Origin: a candidate division WOR-3 bacterium
GTDB taxonomy: Bacteria > Hydrothermota > Tepidihabitantia > Tepidihabitantales > Tepidihabitantaceae
NCBI GenBank assembly: GCA_037441285.1
Contig: JBBISL010000013.1
Span: forward strand, 1,286 to 47,375
Length of the DNA: 46,090 bases
Reading direction: 5' to 3'
Under the pieces are notes generated by a model that had not been told where the DNA came from, made no database searches, and saw only the letters and a list, made by a program, of their open reading frames with translations. Made by a program: the position numbers and the translations under genes. Positions 8,340-18,721 of the stretch are shown one piece after another. The stretch's first letter is position 1, and each line of letters starts with the position of its first letter.

Positions 8340-9607
8340 GAATTATCGCGAATCTGGTCTGGAAAGAGGTCCGAGAACTGTTGACCATACGGACCTTACT
8401 GCCGTTTATTGCGGTGCTGGTGATTTTTCTTTTTGTCGGGCGGGCGCTGCGTGGCGAGCGGGCAAAGGCGCAGGCACCCCAGCCAGTAATGGTTGTTGTT
8501 CCAGACTCTTCTCATTTTGCCGATACCATCATTAACCGGCTAAAAGAGGAAAATTTTTCCGTGACCCGTACCACGGCGGCAAAAGAGCAAGCCCAGAAGC
8601 AGGCACAGAAGGAAGGGTTTTCCCTTCTCCTCGTACTGCCGGAAAGTGTTGATTATCGGATTGACCGGTTCCAGCCGGTGGTAATTGAAGCCTACACCAT
8701 TTTGAAGGGCTTCTCTTTTACCCAGACGATACGCAGTGGGAAGGTGAAGTCGGTTTTTACCCGAATCAATTCCGAACTGACCGAATATCACCTCAAGCGG
8801 CTTTTGCCTGATATCCCGGCAGAGAACATCGAGAATCCTGTTCAGACCGGCGAGTTTGTGATTCTGCGCGACCGGGTTGCAGCCGGTAGCCCGGAAGCGG
8901 TGCAGGGGATGGCGATGGCGCAAACCTTCATCATTCCGCTGATTCTTTTGATGGTGCTTTTGTATGCCAGTCAAACGCTTGCCGCATCCATCGGTCAGGA
9001 AAAGGAGAATAAAACACTGGAGACGCTTCTTACCGTGCCCATCAACCGGGTGTCAATCGTCATTGGCAAGATGCTCGGGGCGGTGGTGGTGGCGGTGGTT
9101 TTTTCGCTGGTGTTTATGCTGGCGCTGGGATATTATACCACGGCATTTGCCGAAGGGGTACCCAGCCGAACTCCCGATATGTCGGTCGCGGTGCAACTGG
9201 GATTGACCTTGAGTCCGGAGGCGATTTTTCTGCTGAGTGTCACCCTGTTTCTGGCGATTGTTACCGCCCTCGCCCTTGCCACTTTGCTGGCGCTTTTGTC
9301 GGAAGATGCCCGAGGAGCGCAGGCAGCATTGACGCCATTGATGATGCTGTGTCTTCTACCTTACTTCTTTACAATGTTCTTTAATATCCAGACGCTGTCT
9401 CTACCCCTGAAAATTTTGCTCTTTCTCATCCCGTTCTCCTACCCATTTCTGATTCCGCAGGCAATTTTGTTTGGTAACTATCCCCTGATAATTGGCGGGC
9501 TTCTCTATATGACAATTTTCTGCGCTGCTGCGATATTCATTGCTGCCCGGTTTTTCTCAAGCGACCTGGTGCTTACTACCCGACTTCGGTTCCGGCGTCG
9601 GCGTTAA
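8336..9607 (+). CDS. ABC-2 exporter permease (NatB-like)
   Basis: LVWKEVRE N-terminus, EKENKTLETLLTVP motif, six C-terminal TM helices. Confidence 0.9.
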   Translation: MRIIANLVWKEVRELLTIRTLLPFIAVLVIFLFVGRALRGERAKAQAPQPVMVVVPDSSHFADTIINRLKEENFSVTRTTAAKEQAQKQAQKEGFSLLLVLPESVDYRIDRFQPVVIEAYTILKGFSFTQTIRSGKVKSVFTRINSELTEYHLKRLLPDIPAENIENPVQTGEFVILRDRVAAGSPEAVQGMAMAQTFIIPLILLMVLLYASQTLAASIGQEKENKTLETLLTVPINRVSIVIGKMLGAVVVAVVFSLVFMLALGYYTTAFAEGVPSRTPDMSVAVQLGLTLSPEAIFLLSVTLFLAIVTALALATLLALLSEDARGAQAALTPLMMLCLLPYFFTMFFNIQTLSLPLKILLFLIPFSYPFLIPQAILFGNYPLIIGGLLYMTIFCAAAIFIAARFFSSDLVLTTRLRFRRRR

Positions 9608-10985
9608 CCTTACCCCTTGCGAGCGAGGCAACGATACCCGCCCCACACAGTCCACTGAAGATGATGAAGGCAACCCGCACCGTTAAGATGAGTCCGAAGT
9701 TATTGGTGGTGCTGAGCCGGACCGGACCGACAAACAGGGCGATGAGCATCTGTGCCAGTCCGAGCGAGAACATCTGACCTAAAAGCCGCATCGTGCCGAG
9801 AGTTGCCGAGGCGATACCGTAATGCCGGGAGGCAACCGCACCCATCACGGCGTTGGTATTGGGTGCCGAGAACAGGGCAAATCCGAACCCGACGAGAATC
9901 AGTCCGGCAATAAGAAGCCGCAAATCGGTTGCCCTGTTTAAGAATGAGAAGAGAAATAAACCCAGTGTTGAGGTCGCCATCCCAATTGAAGCGATGAGCC
10001 GGGGTTCAACTCGGTCGGAAACGCGTCCGGTTAGAGGGGAAAAAAGCGCCATCACCACGGGCTGGCTAACAAGTATCAATCCCGTAGCCTGGGCGTTTAG
10101 TCCTTTGACATACTGGAGATAGAGGCTCAAGAGAAAACCGACCGCCGCGGTCGCGGCGTAGTTGATGAGCGCGGCGAGGTTGGAAAATGTGAAAATTACA
10201 TTACCCCGAAAGAGTTGAAACGGGAAAACCGGGCTGGTTAGTTTTAATTCGAGAATCACGAACCCGACCAATGCCCATACGCCGGTGCCAATCAAGAGAA
10301 CCGCTAAAACATTAGGTAAAAGGGTGAATCCGAACATCAAGAGCAAAAGTCCGGTGCCGTAGATTAATGAGCCGGTCAGGTCAAACCGTTCCCCGCGCGC
10401 TTCTGCCCATTCACCCTTAAGACCGAACAGGACGATAAGAAGGGCGCCGAGGCTCAGGGGCAAATTCAGGGCAAAGATTGCCCGCCAGGTGAAATGCTGG
10501 GTAAGAATCCCACCGATAAAAGGACCAGCCGAAAGTCCGGTATAGACCAGCGCGGTGTTAATTCCGAGGGCGAAACCTTTCTCGGCGGCAGGATAAACCG
10601 AGGTGAGAATCGCCACCCCGGTTCCAAAAATCATCGCTCCACCCATTCCTTGCAGAAACCGGGCAAGGAGCAGAATCCCGGCATTATGGGCAATCATACC
10701 AAAGAGCGAAGCCACTGAGTACAAACTCAAGCCAAGGGCAAAGATGCGTTTGCGACCCAGGATGTCTGCCAATCTCCCGAAAGGCACAAGGAAGATGCCG
10801 GCGCTCAAAAGGGAGATGTTTGCCGCCCAGCCCAGACCAATCGCATCAAGGCGTAACTCCTGACCGAGTGCGGGAAGGGCGATATTGATGGAGGAGCTCA
10901 TAAAGGGTGTGAGAAAGGAACTGATACCGGCGGCAATCCCGGCGGCGATTCGGTTGCGCGTGGTGTTATTTCCCACCAGAGACAA
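9576..10985 (-). CDS. MFS drug-efflux type transporter (DHA2-like)
   Basis: SINIALP, GRLADILGRKR motif A, RFLQGMG, about 14 TM segments. Exact start uncertain. Confidence 0.9.
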   Translation of the reverse strand: MSLVGNNTTRNRIAAGIAAGISSFLTPFMSSSINIALPALGQELRLDAIGLGWAANISLLSAGIFLVPFGRLADILGRKRIFALGLSLYSVASLFGMIAHNAGILLLARFLQGMGGAMIFGTGVAILTSVYPAAEKGFALGINTALVYTGLSAGPFIGGILTQHFTWRAIFALNLPLSLGALLIVLFGLKGEWAEARGERFDLTGSLIYGTGLLLLMFGFTLLPNVLAVLLIGTGVWALVGFVILELKLTSPVFPFQLFRGNVIFTFSNLAALINYAATAAVGFLLSLYLQYVKGLNAQATGLILVSQPVVMALFSPLTGRVSDRVEPRLIASIGMATSTLGLFLFSFLNRATDLRLLIAGLILVGFGFALFSAPNTNAVMGAVASRHYGIASATLGTMRLLGQMFSLGLAQMLIALFVGPVRLSTTNNFGLILTVRVAFIIFSGLCGAGIVASLARGKVNADAGTEVG

Positions 10986-12387
10986 TGACCAGTTTTTGAA
11001 AGTTGCCGGTTCTGGAATCCGGATGTTTGATAAGATAAACGCCCGGGGGCAAATTGCGGGTTTTTACCTTCTTGCCGAGAGCATCGTAAATCTCGGGTAG
11101 AGTGATGAAGCCGGATAGAGCAGAAGCGGGCAAGACGGTGGAAAGGTTGCGAGTGGCTGATGGGATATGACAGGGCGATTCTCCAGCACCCAGTCCCGGG
11201 ATTTGGCCGTAAAGGTAGTACAGGTCAAGGTTGCCCGAGCTTTCATCCTGCCAGGCAATATGCAACCCAGGACCGGAGTCGCAGACAATTGCCGGGTTGT
11301 CAACATCACCGCTGGTCAATGCGGTCAATGGTTCGGGTGGAGTCCAGTTGCCCTGATGGTCACAGCAGGCATAGATTAGTTGGTACGGACTGGGAGGTGT
11401 TGCGGTTCTGCCGCGCCAAGCCAGATGGCACTCGTTATCCTGCCGGCAGGAGATGGACGGGCTTGCCTGTTCAAAGTCCAGACCCTGGCTTACAGTAAAA
11501 ATTGGGTTAAAGCCTTCCGGAGTGCGGCGGCGGTAAAAAATACGCGAATAGTACGAAGAGGAGTTGGTTCCTGCCCAGGTGATGTGGAAGTTGCCTTGAG
11601 TGCCGGCGCTAACGCAGGGAGAAGTTTGCTGAAATGAGCCCGGAAATTCGGAAACGAGTTCGATGTCGGTCCAGACACCATTGATACGGCACCGGCAGAA
11701 CACCTGTTCCAGCAGGTTGTTAAACTCCTTTCCCAGCCAGACAACGCACAGGTTACCGAGGCTGTCTGCGGCAATCGTTGCGGCGCTGTGGGTATTAAGA
11801 TAACTGGTAATCTGCTCTGCTGGTAACCAGCCGGAGTCGGGCTGGAACTGTTTGTGAAAAACTTGGGGTACGCCTCCGGTGTCTGGATTTCCATACCAGA
11901 CGATATGAATTTCTTCGCTACCGGGCTTTGTAGCCACCACCGGATATTTTTTAGCACTATAAACAGCCGGCTCAAGAAGGGTATCAGCAAGCCAGCGTCC
12001 CTGTTGGGCATCAAACTTCTTGTACCAGATGCCTTTTGATGATGGGTGCTCGGTGTGCCATACGAGATGGATATTACCACTCTGGTCGCAGGTTGCCGAA
12101 GGTGTGAAACAGTTGACGGTGGATGCGGTGAGTTGGGCTTCTGGTAGCCATCGGCCGCTTGCCCATTCAAACTTCCGGTACCAGATTTGGTTTGGTGAAC
12201 TCCGGTAGTCGAGCCAGAAAACCCAGACATTTCTACCCGGGTCAACCGCGATACTGCGCTGATAGCTGTAACCCAAAACCTGGCTCTGGGGATTGGTTGT
12301 CAGGCGAAAGATGGGGTCCCATTCAACACCAAACGCGCCGGTTTGCAAAACGACGAAAATAAGTGGTGTTAACCAGCATTTTACCAT
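10966..12387 (-). CDS. Secreted BNR/beta-propeller repeat protein with CTD-like C-terminus
   Basis: Signal peptide; repeated P-x-I-x-x-D-x-x-G-N-x-H-x-x-W units; C-terminal IYDALGKKV...PPGVYLI...KLVIV. Confidence 0.8.
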   Translation of the reverse strand: MVKCWLTPLIFVVLQTGAFGVEWDPIFRLTTNPQSQVLGYSYQRSIAVDPGRNVWVFWLDYRSSPNQIWYRKFEWASGRWLPEAQLTASTVNCFTPSATCDQSGNIHLVWHTEHPSSKGIWYKKFDAQQGRWLADTLLEPAVYSAKKYPVVATKPGSEEIHIVWYGNPDTGGVPQVFHKQFQPDSGWLPAEQITSYLNTHSAATIAADSLGNLCVVWLGKEFNNLLEQVFCRCRINGVWTDIELVSEFPGSFQQTSPCVSAGTQGNFHITWAGTNSSSYYSRIFYRRRTPEGFNPIFTVSQGLDFEQASPSISCRQDNECHLAWRGRTATPPSPYQLIYACCDHQGNWTPPEPLTALTSGDVDNPAIVCDSGPGLHIAWQDESSGNLDLYYLYGQIPGLGAGESPCHIPSATRNLSTVLPASALSGFITLPEIYDALGKKVKTRNLPPGVYLIKHPDSRTGNFQKLVIVSGGK

Positions 12388-12451
12388 CAATTTAGATTAG
12401 CACTTTTTTACCTTTTGGCAATCAAGGAGTTGTATTCAATCCCGGCGGGAT

Positions 12452-12479
12452 TTGACCTTTACCGAATTTGCGGTATAAT
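12452..12479 (+). promoter_or_regulatory. sigma70 promoter
   Basis: TTGACC-16 nt-TATAAT. Confidence 0.7.
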
Positions 12480-12606
12480 GCTAACTGAGGCTAAGACAAA
12501 GCACGGAGGCGGACCAATAAGCAACGGCGGTCTTTACCGCTTTTGATTACGGGCGCTGCTACCTTGGTATAACATAAGTCCGGGGGAGATTCATCAGGAG
12601 GCTAAA

Positions 12607-13961
12607 GTGCGTGGGTATTTTTTTGCGTCTGGGTATCAGACGCGGTTTATTTTATCTGGAGTGCTGGTTATCACGCTCGGTATTGGTTTTTCAACACCGG
12701 TGCACCCCAGCGAAAGTAGCGGATGGGTCAATCGGTTTTCCCGCTGGCACGGTGTTAATGAGACGCGGGCATTAAAAAATCCGAATTCAGCAAATCTTGC
12801 CTGGTTTGAAGCGCCAATTTTGCGTTCCTACCTTTATCTGTTTTTGGCTACCGATGATACCCTGTGGCTGGAACGGTTTGTGTTTCACGCCGATTCGCTT
12901 CTGCGGTTAATGCGGGATGTGCCGGAACAAGGAACTTACTGGCAGGGTTACCAAGATGGCTTCCTTGGTTGGGGTACAACTGTGTACGACGCAGAGGGGC
13001 GATATCAGGAGTACTTAGTGCACGATGCGGTCATCTGTCTGCCACTGGCGCGTTTTGTGCGGATGGTGTACGAAACCCCGGGTTTAAGGCAGAAGTTTCT
13101 GGAACGGGCGCGGGTTTACCAGTTGGCGATTGAACAGCAGGTGCTTGCTAAGTGGTTTCAAAACTGGGCGGCGGCGCGTGGTACCGGCGAAGAGATGGAA
13201 CACTTTGGCGGCTGGTCACACCTGCCCTGGAACCAGACGCTGAGTATGGGTGAACTGCTTATGGTTTTTCGTGATATTCAGCGCACCCAGTTTTATCAAC
13301 CGGGTAAGTTTTCGGTGCCGGACTAATTTATGATGATGTGCCCGATTCAATGGCAAGAGCGTTCAATGCCAGTTTGGTTCTTGATTTGGGCAACGACTGT
13401 TATGTCTGGAACCATCAGGCGGGCAGTTCCCGCTGGGAGGATGTTGCCCATGGGAATCTTGATATTTCATTCGCGCTCGAGGCTGGAGCGCAGGGTTTTG
13501 TCTTCGCGGAACGGGATTTCCAGCGGATGGGACGGAGTTTGTGGAAAGTGGTGAAGGACCGGCATAGCGACCGGTTTGTCAATGGTTCGGGGGACGTTGA
13601 TACCGTTTATGCGCTGGAGATGTGGGCGGCACTTGCCCGGTTTGAACCCGAGGTGTGGGAGGTGGTGAATACGGCAATTGTTAGTGTACCGATGGAACGG
13701 ATGAATGTGGGTATGGCGGTGAGTTGTGCCCGTTTGGCACTGGAGAGTGATACACCGCAGCGAGAAGCACAGAACAGGGAAGGGGTAGAAGCAAGTGAAA
13801 CCGGGTTTAAGCGTTGGGACGCAATCCTAATTTTGCCCGGTGCAGTTGCTGACGGTGTTTTCGATGCCGCAGGACGAAGGGTGCGGTGGCAAAGGCAGGG
13901 TCGGCTGGGAAGCGGGTTGTACTTCACTTCGAGCGGGCGCCGGTTGCTGGTGTTGCCTTAG
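12607..13961 (+). pseudogene. Secreted alpha-helical-barrel-like protein with CTD-like tail, split by a frameshift near 13308-13326
   Basis: ORF 12607..13326 carries the signal peptide. The -1 frame is open from 13308 to 13961 and carries the VFDAAGRRV...GLYF tail; no RBS is seen before 13338. Confidence 0.6.
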
Positions 13962-13987
13962 CGTTTTCGTCCGGTATAATAAATTTG

Positions 13988-15097
13988 ATGAGTGGTCGTT
14001 CTAAGGTTGCGGTTCTTTTTACCAGGCCGGAGACGGTTCTGGATGATTATGTCCGGCTGATTAAACTGGCAGAGGCGGATAAGTTTTTAAAGCCGGGTGT
14101 GACGACAATTCTCAAGGACAACATCTCGTGGCACTATCCGATGCCCGGAGCAAATACAACGCCCTGGCAACTGGAAGGGACGATTGTCGGTTTGAAGAAA
14201 CTAGGGTACGAGGACCTGGTAGTGGTGCAGAATAAGACGGTAGTGATTGACACTCATAAGGGTGAGGACCTGAATCGTTATGTGCCGATTTTCCAGCGGT
14301 GCGGGATTTCGGTGCGGTACAATTTCAAGGAGAGCGATATGAAGTGGATTCCGTTTAAGCCCAAGGCAAAGATGCTGGCGCTGGACCACATCTATCCTGA
14401 GGGTTTGCGGATTCCGGACTATTTTATCGGTAAAAATATCGTCCATCTGCCCACGGTAAAGTGCCATATTTACACCACAACAACCGGTGCGATGAAAAAC
14501 GCCTTTGGCGGGCTTTTGTCCACGCACCGCCACTACACGCACACCTGGATTCATGAGACACTGGTTGACCTGCTGGCGATTCAAAAGGAGATTCATCCGG
14601 GGATTTTTGCGGTGATGGATGGCACAACCGCGGGCAATGGTCCGGGACCGCGTACGGTCAAACCGGTGGTGAAGAATGTGATTTTAGCATCAGCGGACCA
14701 GGTGGCGATTGATGCGGTGGCGGCGAAGATGATGGGTTTTGACCCGATGGCGATTAAGTACATCCGGCTGGCACATGAGCAGGGGCTGGGAGTGGGCGAT
14801 GTCAAGGAGATTGAAATTGTGGGCGACGACATTTCGCAGGAGAACTGGCATTTTGAGGTTGGGGTATCCTTTCACCGGTTTTTAGGCTGGCTCTCCTGGT
14901 ATGGTCCAACCCGGGTGTTGCAGAAGTTGATTTTCCGCACCTGGCTGGTGAACATCCCGATTTTTATCTCGGAGTTTAACCACGATTTTGTACACTGGCC
15001 CTTGAAGGAACGGAAGATTTTTGAGCGCTGGCGTCAGGAGACGGGCTGGGGTCGCCTGTTTCAGGAGTACGAAAAGAAGGGCTGTCTGCTTCATTAA
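13988..15097 (+). CDS. DUF362 family (Fe-S-associated) protein
   Basis: LKDNISWH, HLPTVKCH...TTGAMKNAFG, VMDGT..GNGPGP, DQVAIDAV. Start at ATG 13988 after TATAAT. Confidence 0.85.
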   Translation: MSGRSKVAVLFTRPETVLDDYVRLIKLAEADKFLKPGVTTILKDNISWHYPMPGANTTPWQLEGTIVGLKKLGYEDLVVVQNKTVVIDTHKGEDLNRYVPIFQRCGISVRYNFKESDMKWIPFKPKAKMLALDHIYPEGLRIPDYFIGKNIVHLPTVKCHIYTTTTGAMKNAFGGLLSTHRHYTHTWIHETLVDLLAIQKEIHPGIFAVMDGTTAGNGPGPRTVKPVVKNVILASADQVAIDAVAAKMMGFDPMAIKYIRLAHEQGLGVGDVKEIEIVGDDISQENWHFEVGVSFHRFLGWLSWYGPTRVLQKLIFRTWLVNIPIFISEFNHDFVHWPLKERKIFERWRQETGWGRLFQEYEKKGCLLH

Positions 15098-15126
15098 GGG
15101 GCCGGTGCCAAACCGTTTCTAAGGTT

Positions 15127-17394
15127 ATGCCGCTGATAATGATGGCGGTGGGCGGGCTCGGTCTTGCCGCGCAGGTGGTAATTCTGCGAGAACTGCTGGC
15201 GGCTTTTGCGGGTAATGAGGTGTCAAGCGGTGTTTTTCTCAGTGTCTGGCTTTTATCCGAAGGGTTGGGTGCCTGGGTTTTCAGCCGAATGGCACGGCGT
15301 CTCGTTTCCCCAAAGTACTCATTTACGCTCATCGGGTTAGTGTCGGCTGTAAGTTCCATCGTAGCAAGCGCACTCGTGGTTTATTCCCGGCGGCTGTTCG
15401 GGCTTCTGCCCGGGGAAAACCTCAGCCTGCAAGCCCTTTTCCTGATTACGCTGCTCGCGGTGTTTTTACCAGCGGCAACCCATGGGGGTTTGTTTATCCT
15501 CGGTACCGCATTGAGTAAAGAACGGGGCGTGGTGGCAAAGGTTTACTTTTACGAAGGGCTGGGCACGGTGTTGACCGCGGTTGTCCTTTATTTTGGGCTT
15601 TTGTCACGGGTGCCGAATTTAGCGATTGTAGTATTGATGGGTGCGGTGCTGATGTTAATGCTCGGTATTGTTATTGTGATTGAGCGGCGTTCTTTTCTTG
15701 AAGGTACTTGGGCGCTGGGCTGGGGCGTTGTCTTAATTGGTCTTCTGATAACCGGGACAAGAGGCGAGCGATGGCTGTGGGAGCAAACCTGGCAGGGACA
15801 GCGGGTTCTCGGGGTTCGGGATTCGCCTTATGCCAAACTGGTGACGGTGGAGCGGGAGGGGCAGCGGCAGGTGCTTTATGATGGGAGTAGGGTGCTGGCG
15901 ATGCCGAATCCGGATGTGACCGGGATTGAGGAAATGGCACACATTCCGCTACTACTGCATCCGGCACCGCAAAGGGTACTGATTTTAGGGCTGGGTTTAG
16001 GCGGTCTCGTTGCCGAAATTCTCAAATGGCCGGTGGGTGATGTGCAGATGGTTGTTCTTGACCGGTGGCTGGTTGACGAGGCACGACGCACCGGCGGCAC
16101 AATCGTAGCAGAGGAGATTGCCGACCCGCGGTTTAAGGTGGTTATTTGTGACCCGCGGCTATTTCTCACAACAACGGTTGACAGTTTTGACTGCATCATA
16201 ATTATCGGTACCGCACCCGAAAACCTCGGTGCCAATCGCCTGTTTACAAGAGAGTTCTTTAAATTGTGCCAGCGGAGATTGAGGGCACAGGGGATTTTAG
16301 CGACCAGAGCACCGGGCGCAGTTGAAGGGATGACAGGCGAGGCGCGGGCGGTCGTCGAAACCCGATATGCAACGCTGCGGCAGGTGTTTCAAAAGACTGA
16401 GTTGCTGGCGCTGGACTTTCCGTTACTGGTTGCCGGCGACCGGATAATATTCGGTGTTGATAGTGTGGTGACGCGCTGGCAGCGGCTGGGTATTGCGACC
16501 CGGGTTCTGACCCCTTCTTACCTGGGCAGTTTACTGGACTCATTCCGGCAGACAGGAATCACCCTCCCTTTTGCCCCGTCCCGTCAAGGGATGGATGCCC
16601 GGACCGAAGATTCAATGGTGCAAACGAAAGCGGGTTCGGCGCCACCTAACACCGACCTTGTACCCCGGGAGTTGTTTCTCAATATGGTACTGGAGCATCG
16701 GCGTTCTTCACCGCGGTTCAGTCGTATCTACTCCGCTATGGGCCAGACGCTGGGAAGGTTTATCCTGCCTTTCGCGGGCTTTCTTTTAGTCGTTGCGATG
16801 GGCGGGGTGGTTTTATGGGAAAGAAAAACCAAGCAGGTTGCGCCAGCGCGAGGGCTGGGCATTTTCACTTCGGGGTTCGCGGGCGCCGGGATTTCCCTGT
16901 TAACGATATTCGTTTACTCCAGCCGATTCGGCTCGGTTTACACCAGTAGCGCGCTGCTTTTTGCCTCGTTTATGTTCGGTTCGGTGCTGGGCGCGGGTGT
17001 GGTGAACTGGTTGGGTCCGAAGCGACCTTCAGTAGTTTTTGCCCTCTTGGACCTGATGGTATTAGTTAGTAGTGGTGGGGTCTGGTTTCTGGTATCGGGT
17101 GGTGGCAAGGTGCTGTTTTTCTTACTGTTATTGGGGGCGGGAGTGTGCCTCGGTGCCCAGTTTGCCCTTGCCAGCCAGGAGTTGACGATGCTGGAGGCGC
17201 CGCGCCGCGCCGGTTATTTGAGCGTACTGGACTGGACGGGTGGTGCGTTAGGGGGTGTGGTGATGGCGCTTGTGATACTGCCGATTCTTGGGGTAATGGG
17301 TGCACTTGGTTTGATGGCTTTGTTTAAGTCAGCCAGTGCGGTGAGTCAGATGTTGACAAAACGAAAATATGGTTTTACAATCCAGCGTGCTTAA
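15127..17394 (+). CDS. Fused membrane / spermidine-synthase-like SAM-dependent transferase
   Basis: N- and C-terminal TM bundles flank DSPY...EEMAHIP...P.RVLILGLGLGG...FTREFF. Confidence 0.8.
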   Translation: MPLIMMAVGGLGLAAQVVILRELLAAFAGNEVSSGVFLSVWLLSEGLGAWVFSRMARRLVSPKYSFTLIGLVSAVSSIVASALVVYSRRLFGLLPGENLSLQALFLITLLAVFLPAATHGGLFILGTALSKERGVVAKVYFYEGLGTVLTAVVLYFGLLSRVPNLAIVVLMGAVLMLMLGIVIVIERRSFLEGTWALGWGVVLIGLLITGTRGERWLWEQTWQGQRVLGVRDSPYAKLVTVEREGQRQVLYDGSRVLAMPNPDVTGIEEMAHIPLLLHPAPQRVLILGLGLGGLVAEILKWPVGDVQMVVLDRWLVDEARRTGGTIVAEEIADPRFKVVICDPRLFLTTTVDSFDCIIIIGTAPENLGANRLFTREFFKLCQRRLRAQGILATRAPGAVEGMTGEARAVVETRYATLRQVFQKTELLALDFPLLVAGDRIIFGVDSVVTRWQRLGIATRVLTPSYLGSLLDSFRQTGITLPFAPSRQGMDARTEDSMVQTKAGSAPPNTDLVPRELFLNMVLEHRRSSPRFSRIYSAMGQTLGRFILPFAGFLLVVAMGGVVLWERKTKQVAPARGLGIFTSGFAGAGISLLTIFVYSSRFGSVYTSSALLFASFMFGSVLGAGVVNWLGPKRPSVVFALLDLMVLVSSGGVWFLVSGGGKVLFFLLLLGAGVCLGAQFALASQELTMLEAPRRAGYLSVLDWTGGALGGVVMALVILPILGVMGALGLMALFKSASAVSQMLTKRKYGFTIQRA

Positions 17395-18721
17395 AAAGGC
17401 GTTGCAATCGCTTATTTTCTTAGTCACTGTTGGGCTGGCGCAGGAGGTCGGCTCATCGGTTTTTTCCGGTATGAGTGGTATTAGCATCCCGGGCATTACC
17501 CAAGCCGGGGTTTCGCCATTACCCAGTCTGGTGGGCGTAGAGAGCCCGATTATCTCAGACAAGTACATCCTGATGCCCGGGGACCGGCTTCTGGTCACGG
17601 TGAGCGGCAGTGTTACCTACTCCTATCAAAGTGCGGTTACCTATGAAGGGAAATTAACGATAAATATGCCCTTAACCGGGATTTCAACCAGTAGTAGTGG
17701 TCAAGGGATAACGGTTGATGTCGTGGATGCGATTACCGTTTCCGGGCTATCTTTGCGCCAGGCGCAGGATACGCTGACCAAGATTATGCAGCGGTACTTC
17801 AAAGGGGCGACGGTGAAGTTGACGCTCGTTGGGTTGCGTTCGGCGATTGTATTTGTCACCGGCGAGGTGCAGTATCCGGGCGCATACAACGCCTCACCGG
17901 TGGAACGGGTTTCCCAGGTTGTGGCCCGTGCCGGCGGAATTTCGCCGCTCGGCTCCAAAACCAATATTATGCTTATACGGGGTGGGCTGCCCTTTGCCAA
18001 AGTTGATATCGAGCGGTTTGAACGGGAGGGTGACCTCAATGCCAACCCATTTATTGAGTCCGGCGATGTGATATATGTGCCACCGGTTGAAGGTCTGGTG
18101 ACGGTGCGCGGCGCAGTTTTTGGCAGAGGGGAGTACCGGATTCGAGCCTCGGCGCTCACCACCGAAAAGGAAAGGATGAGTGAAGGGACATATGAGTTGA
18201 AGCCCGGGGAGCGGGTTTTTGACATTCTGCGCAAGGCAGGAGGTGTAACACCCTGGGCGGATTTACACAACGCCTACATTGAGCGGCTGGTGCTTGGCAG
18301 TTCGGGTGCGCGGCAGAGGATTCCAATTAACCTGCACAAGATTTTATTCGAAGCGGACTCCACGCAAAACATTGAAATGGTCAATGCCGATATTCTGGTG
18401 GTGCCGCCAATAAACAGTTATGTGTATGTTGAAGGTGAGGTGAACAATCCCGGCTCTTTCCTCTACACGCCGAATATGCGGCTCACCGACTACATTGGTC
18501 AAGCCGGAGGTCCAACCGATTACGGGCACCTTTCCAAAGCTTGGATTCTGCGTCAGGGCAAACGAATTTCCGGAAAAGGCAATCCGCTTGTGGAACCGGG
18601 CGATGTGGTGATGGTGCCCCGTTATACGGTAAAGTGGTGGCAGGATTATGCGACGATTCTGTCGGCGGTGGGAATTCCTACCGCCTCAATTCTGATTTCA
18701 ATTATCGCGCTGCAGCGCTGA
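17387..18721 (+). CDS. SLBB-domain polysaccharide export family protein (Wza/KpsD-like)
   Basis: YILMPGD, VFVTGEVQYPGAY, repeated AGG...GD..VP units. GTG start 5 nt after TACAAT. Confidence 0.85.
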   Translation: MLKKALQSLIFLVTVGLAQEVGSSVFSGMSGISIPGITQAGVSPLPSLVGVESPIISDKYILMPGDRLLVTVSGSVTYSYQSAVTYEGKLTINMPLTGISTSSSGQGITVDVVDAITVSGLSLRQAQDTLTKIMQRYFKGATVKLTLVGLRSAIVFVTGEVQYPGAYNASPVERVSQVVARAGGISPLGSKTNIMLIRGGLPFAKVDIERFEREGDLNANPFIESGDVIYVPPVEGLVTVRGAVFGRGEYRIRASALTTEKERMSEGTYELKPGERVFDILRKAGGVTPWADLHNAYIERLVLGSSGARQRIPINLHKILFEADSTQNIEMVNADILVVPPINSYVYVEGEVNNPGSFLYTPNMRLTDYIGQAGGPTDYGHLSKAWILRQGKRISGKGNPLVEPGDVVMVPRYTVKWWQDYATILSAVGIPTASILISIIALQR

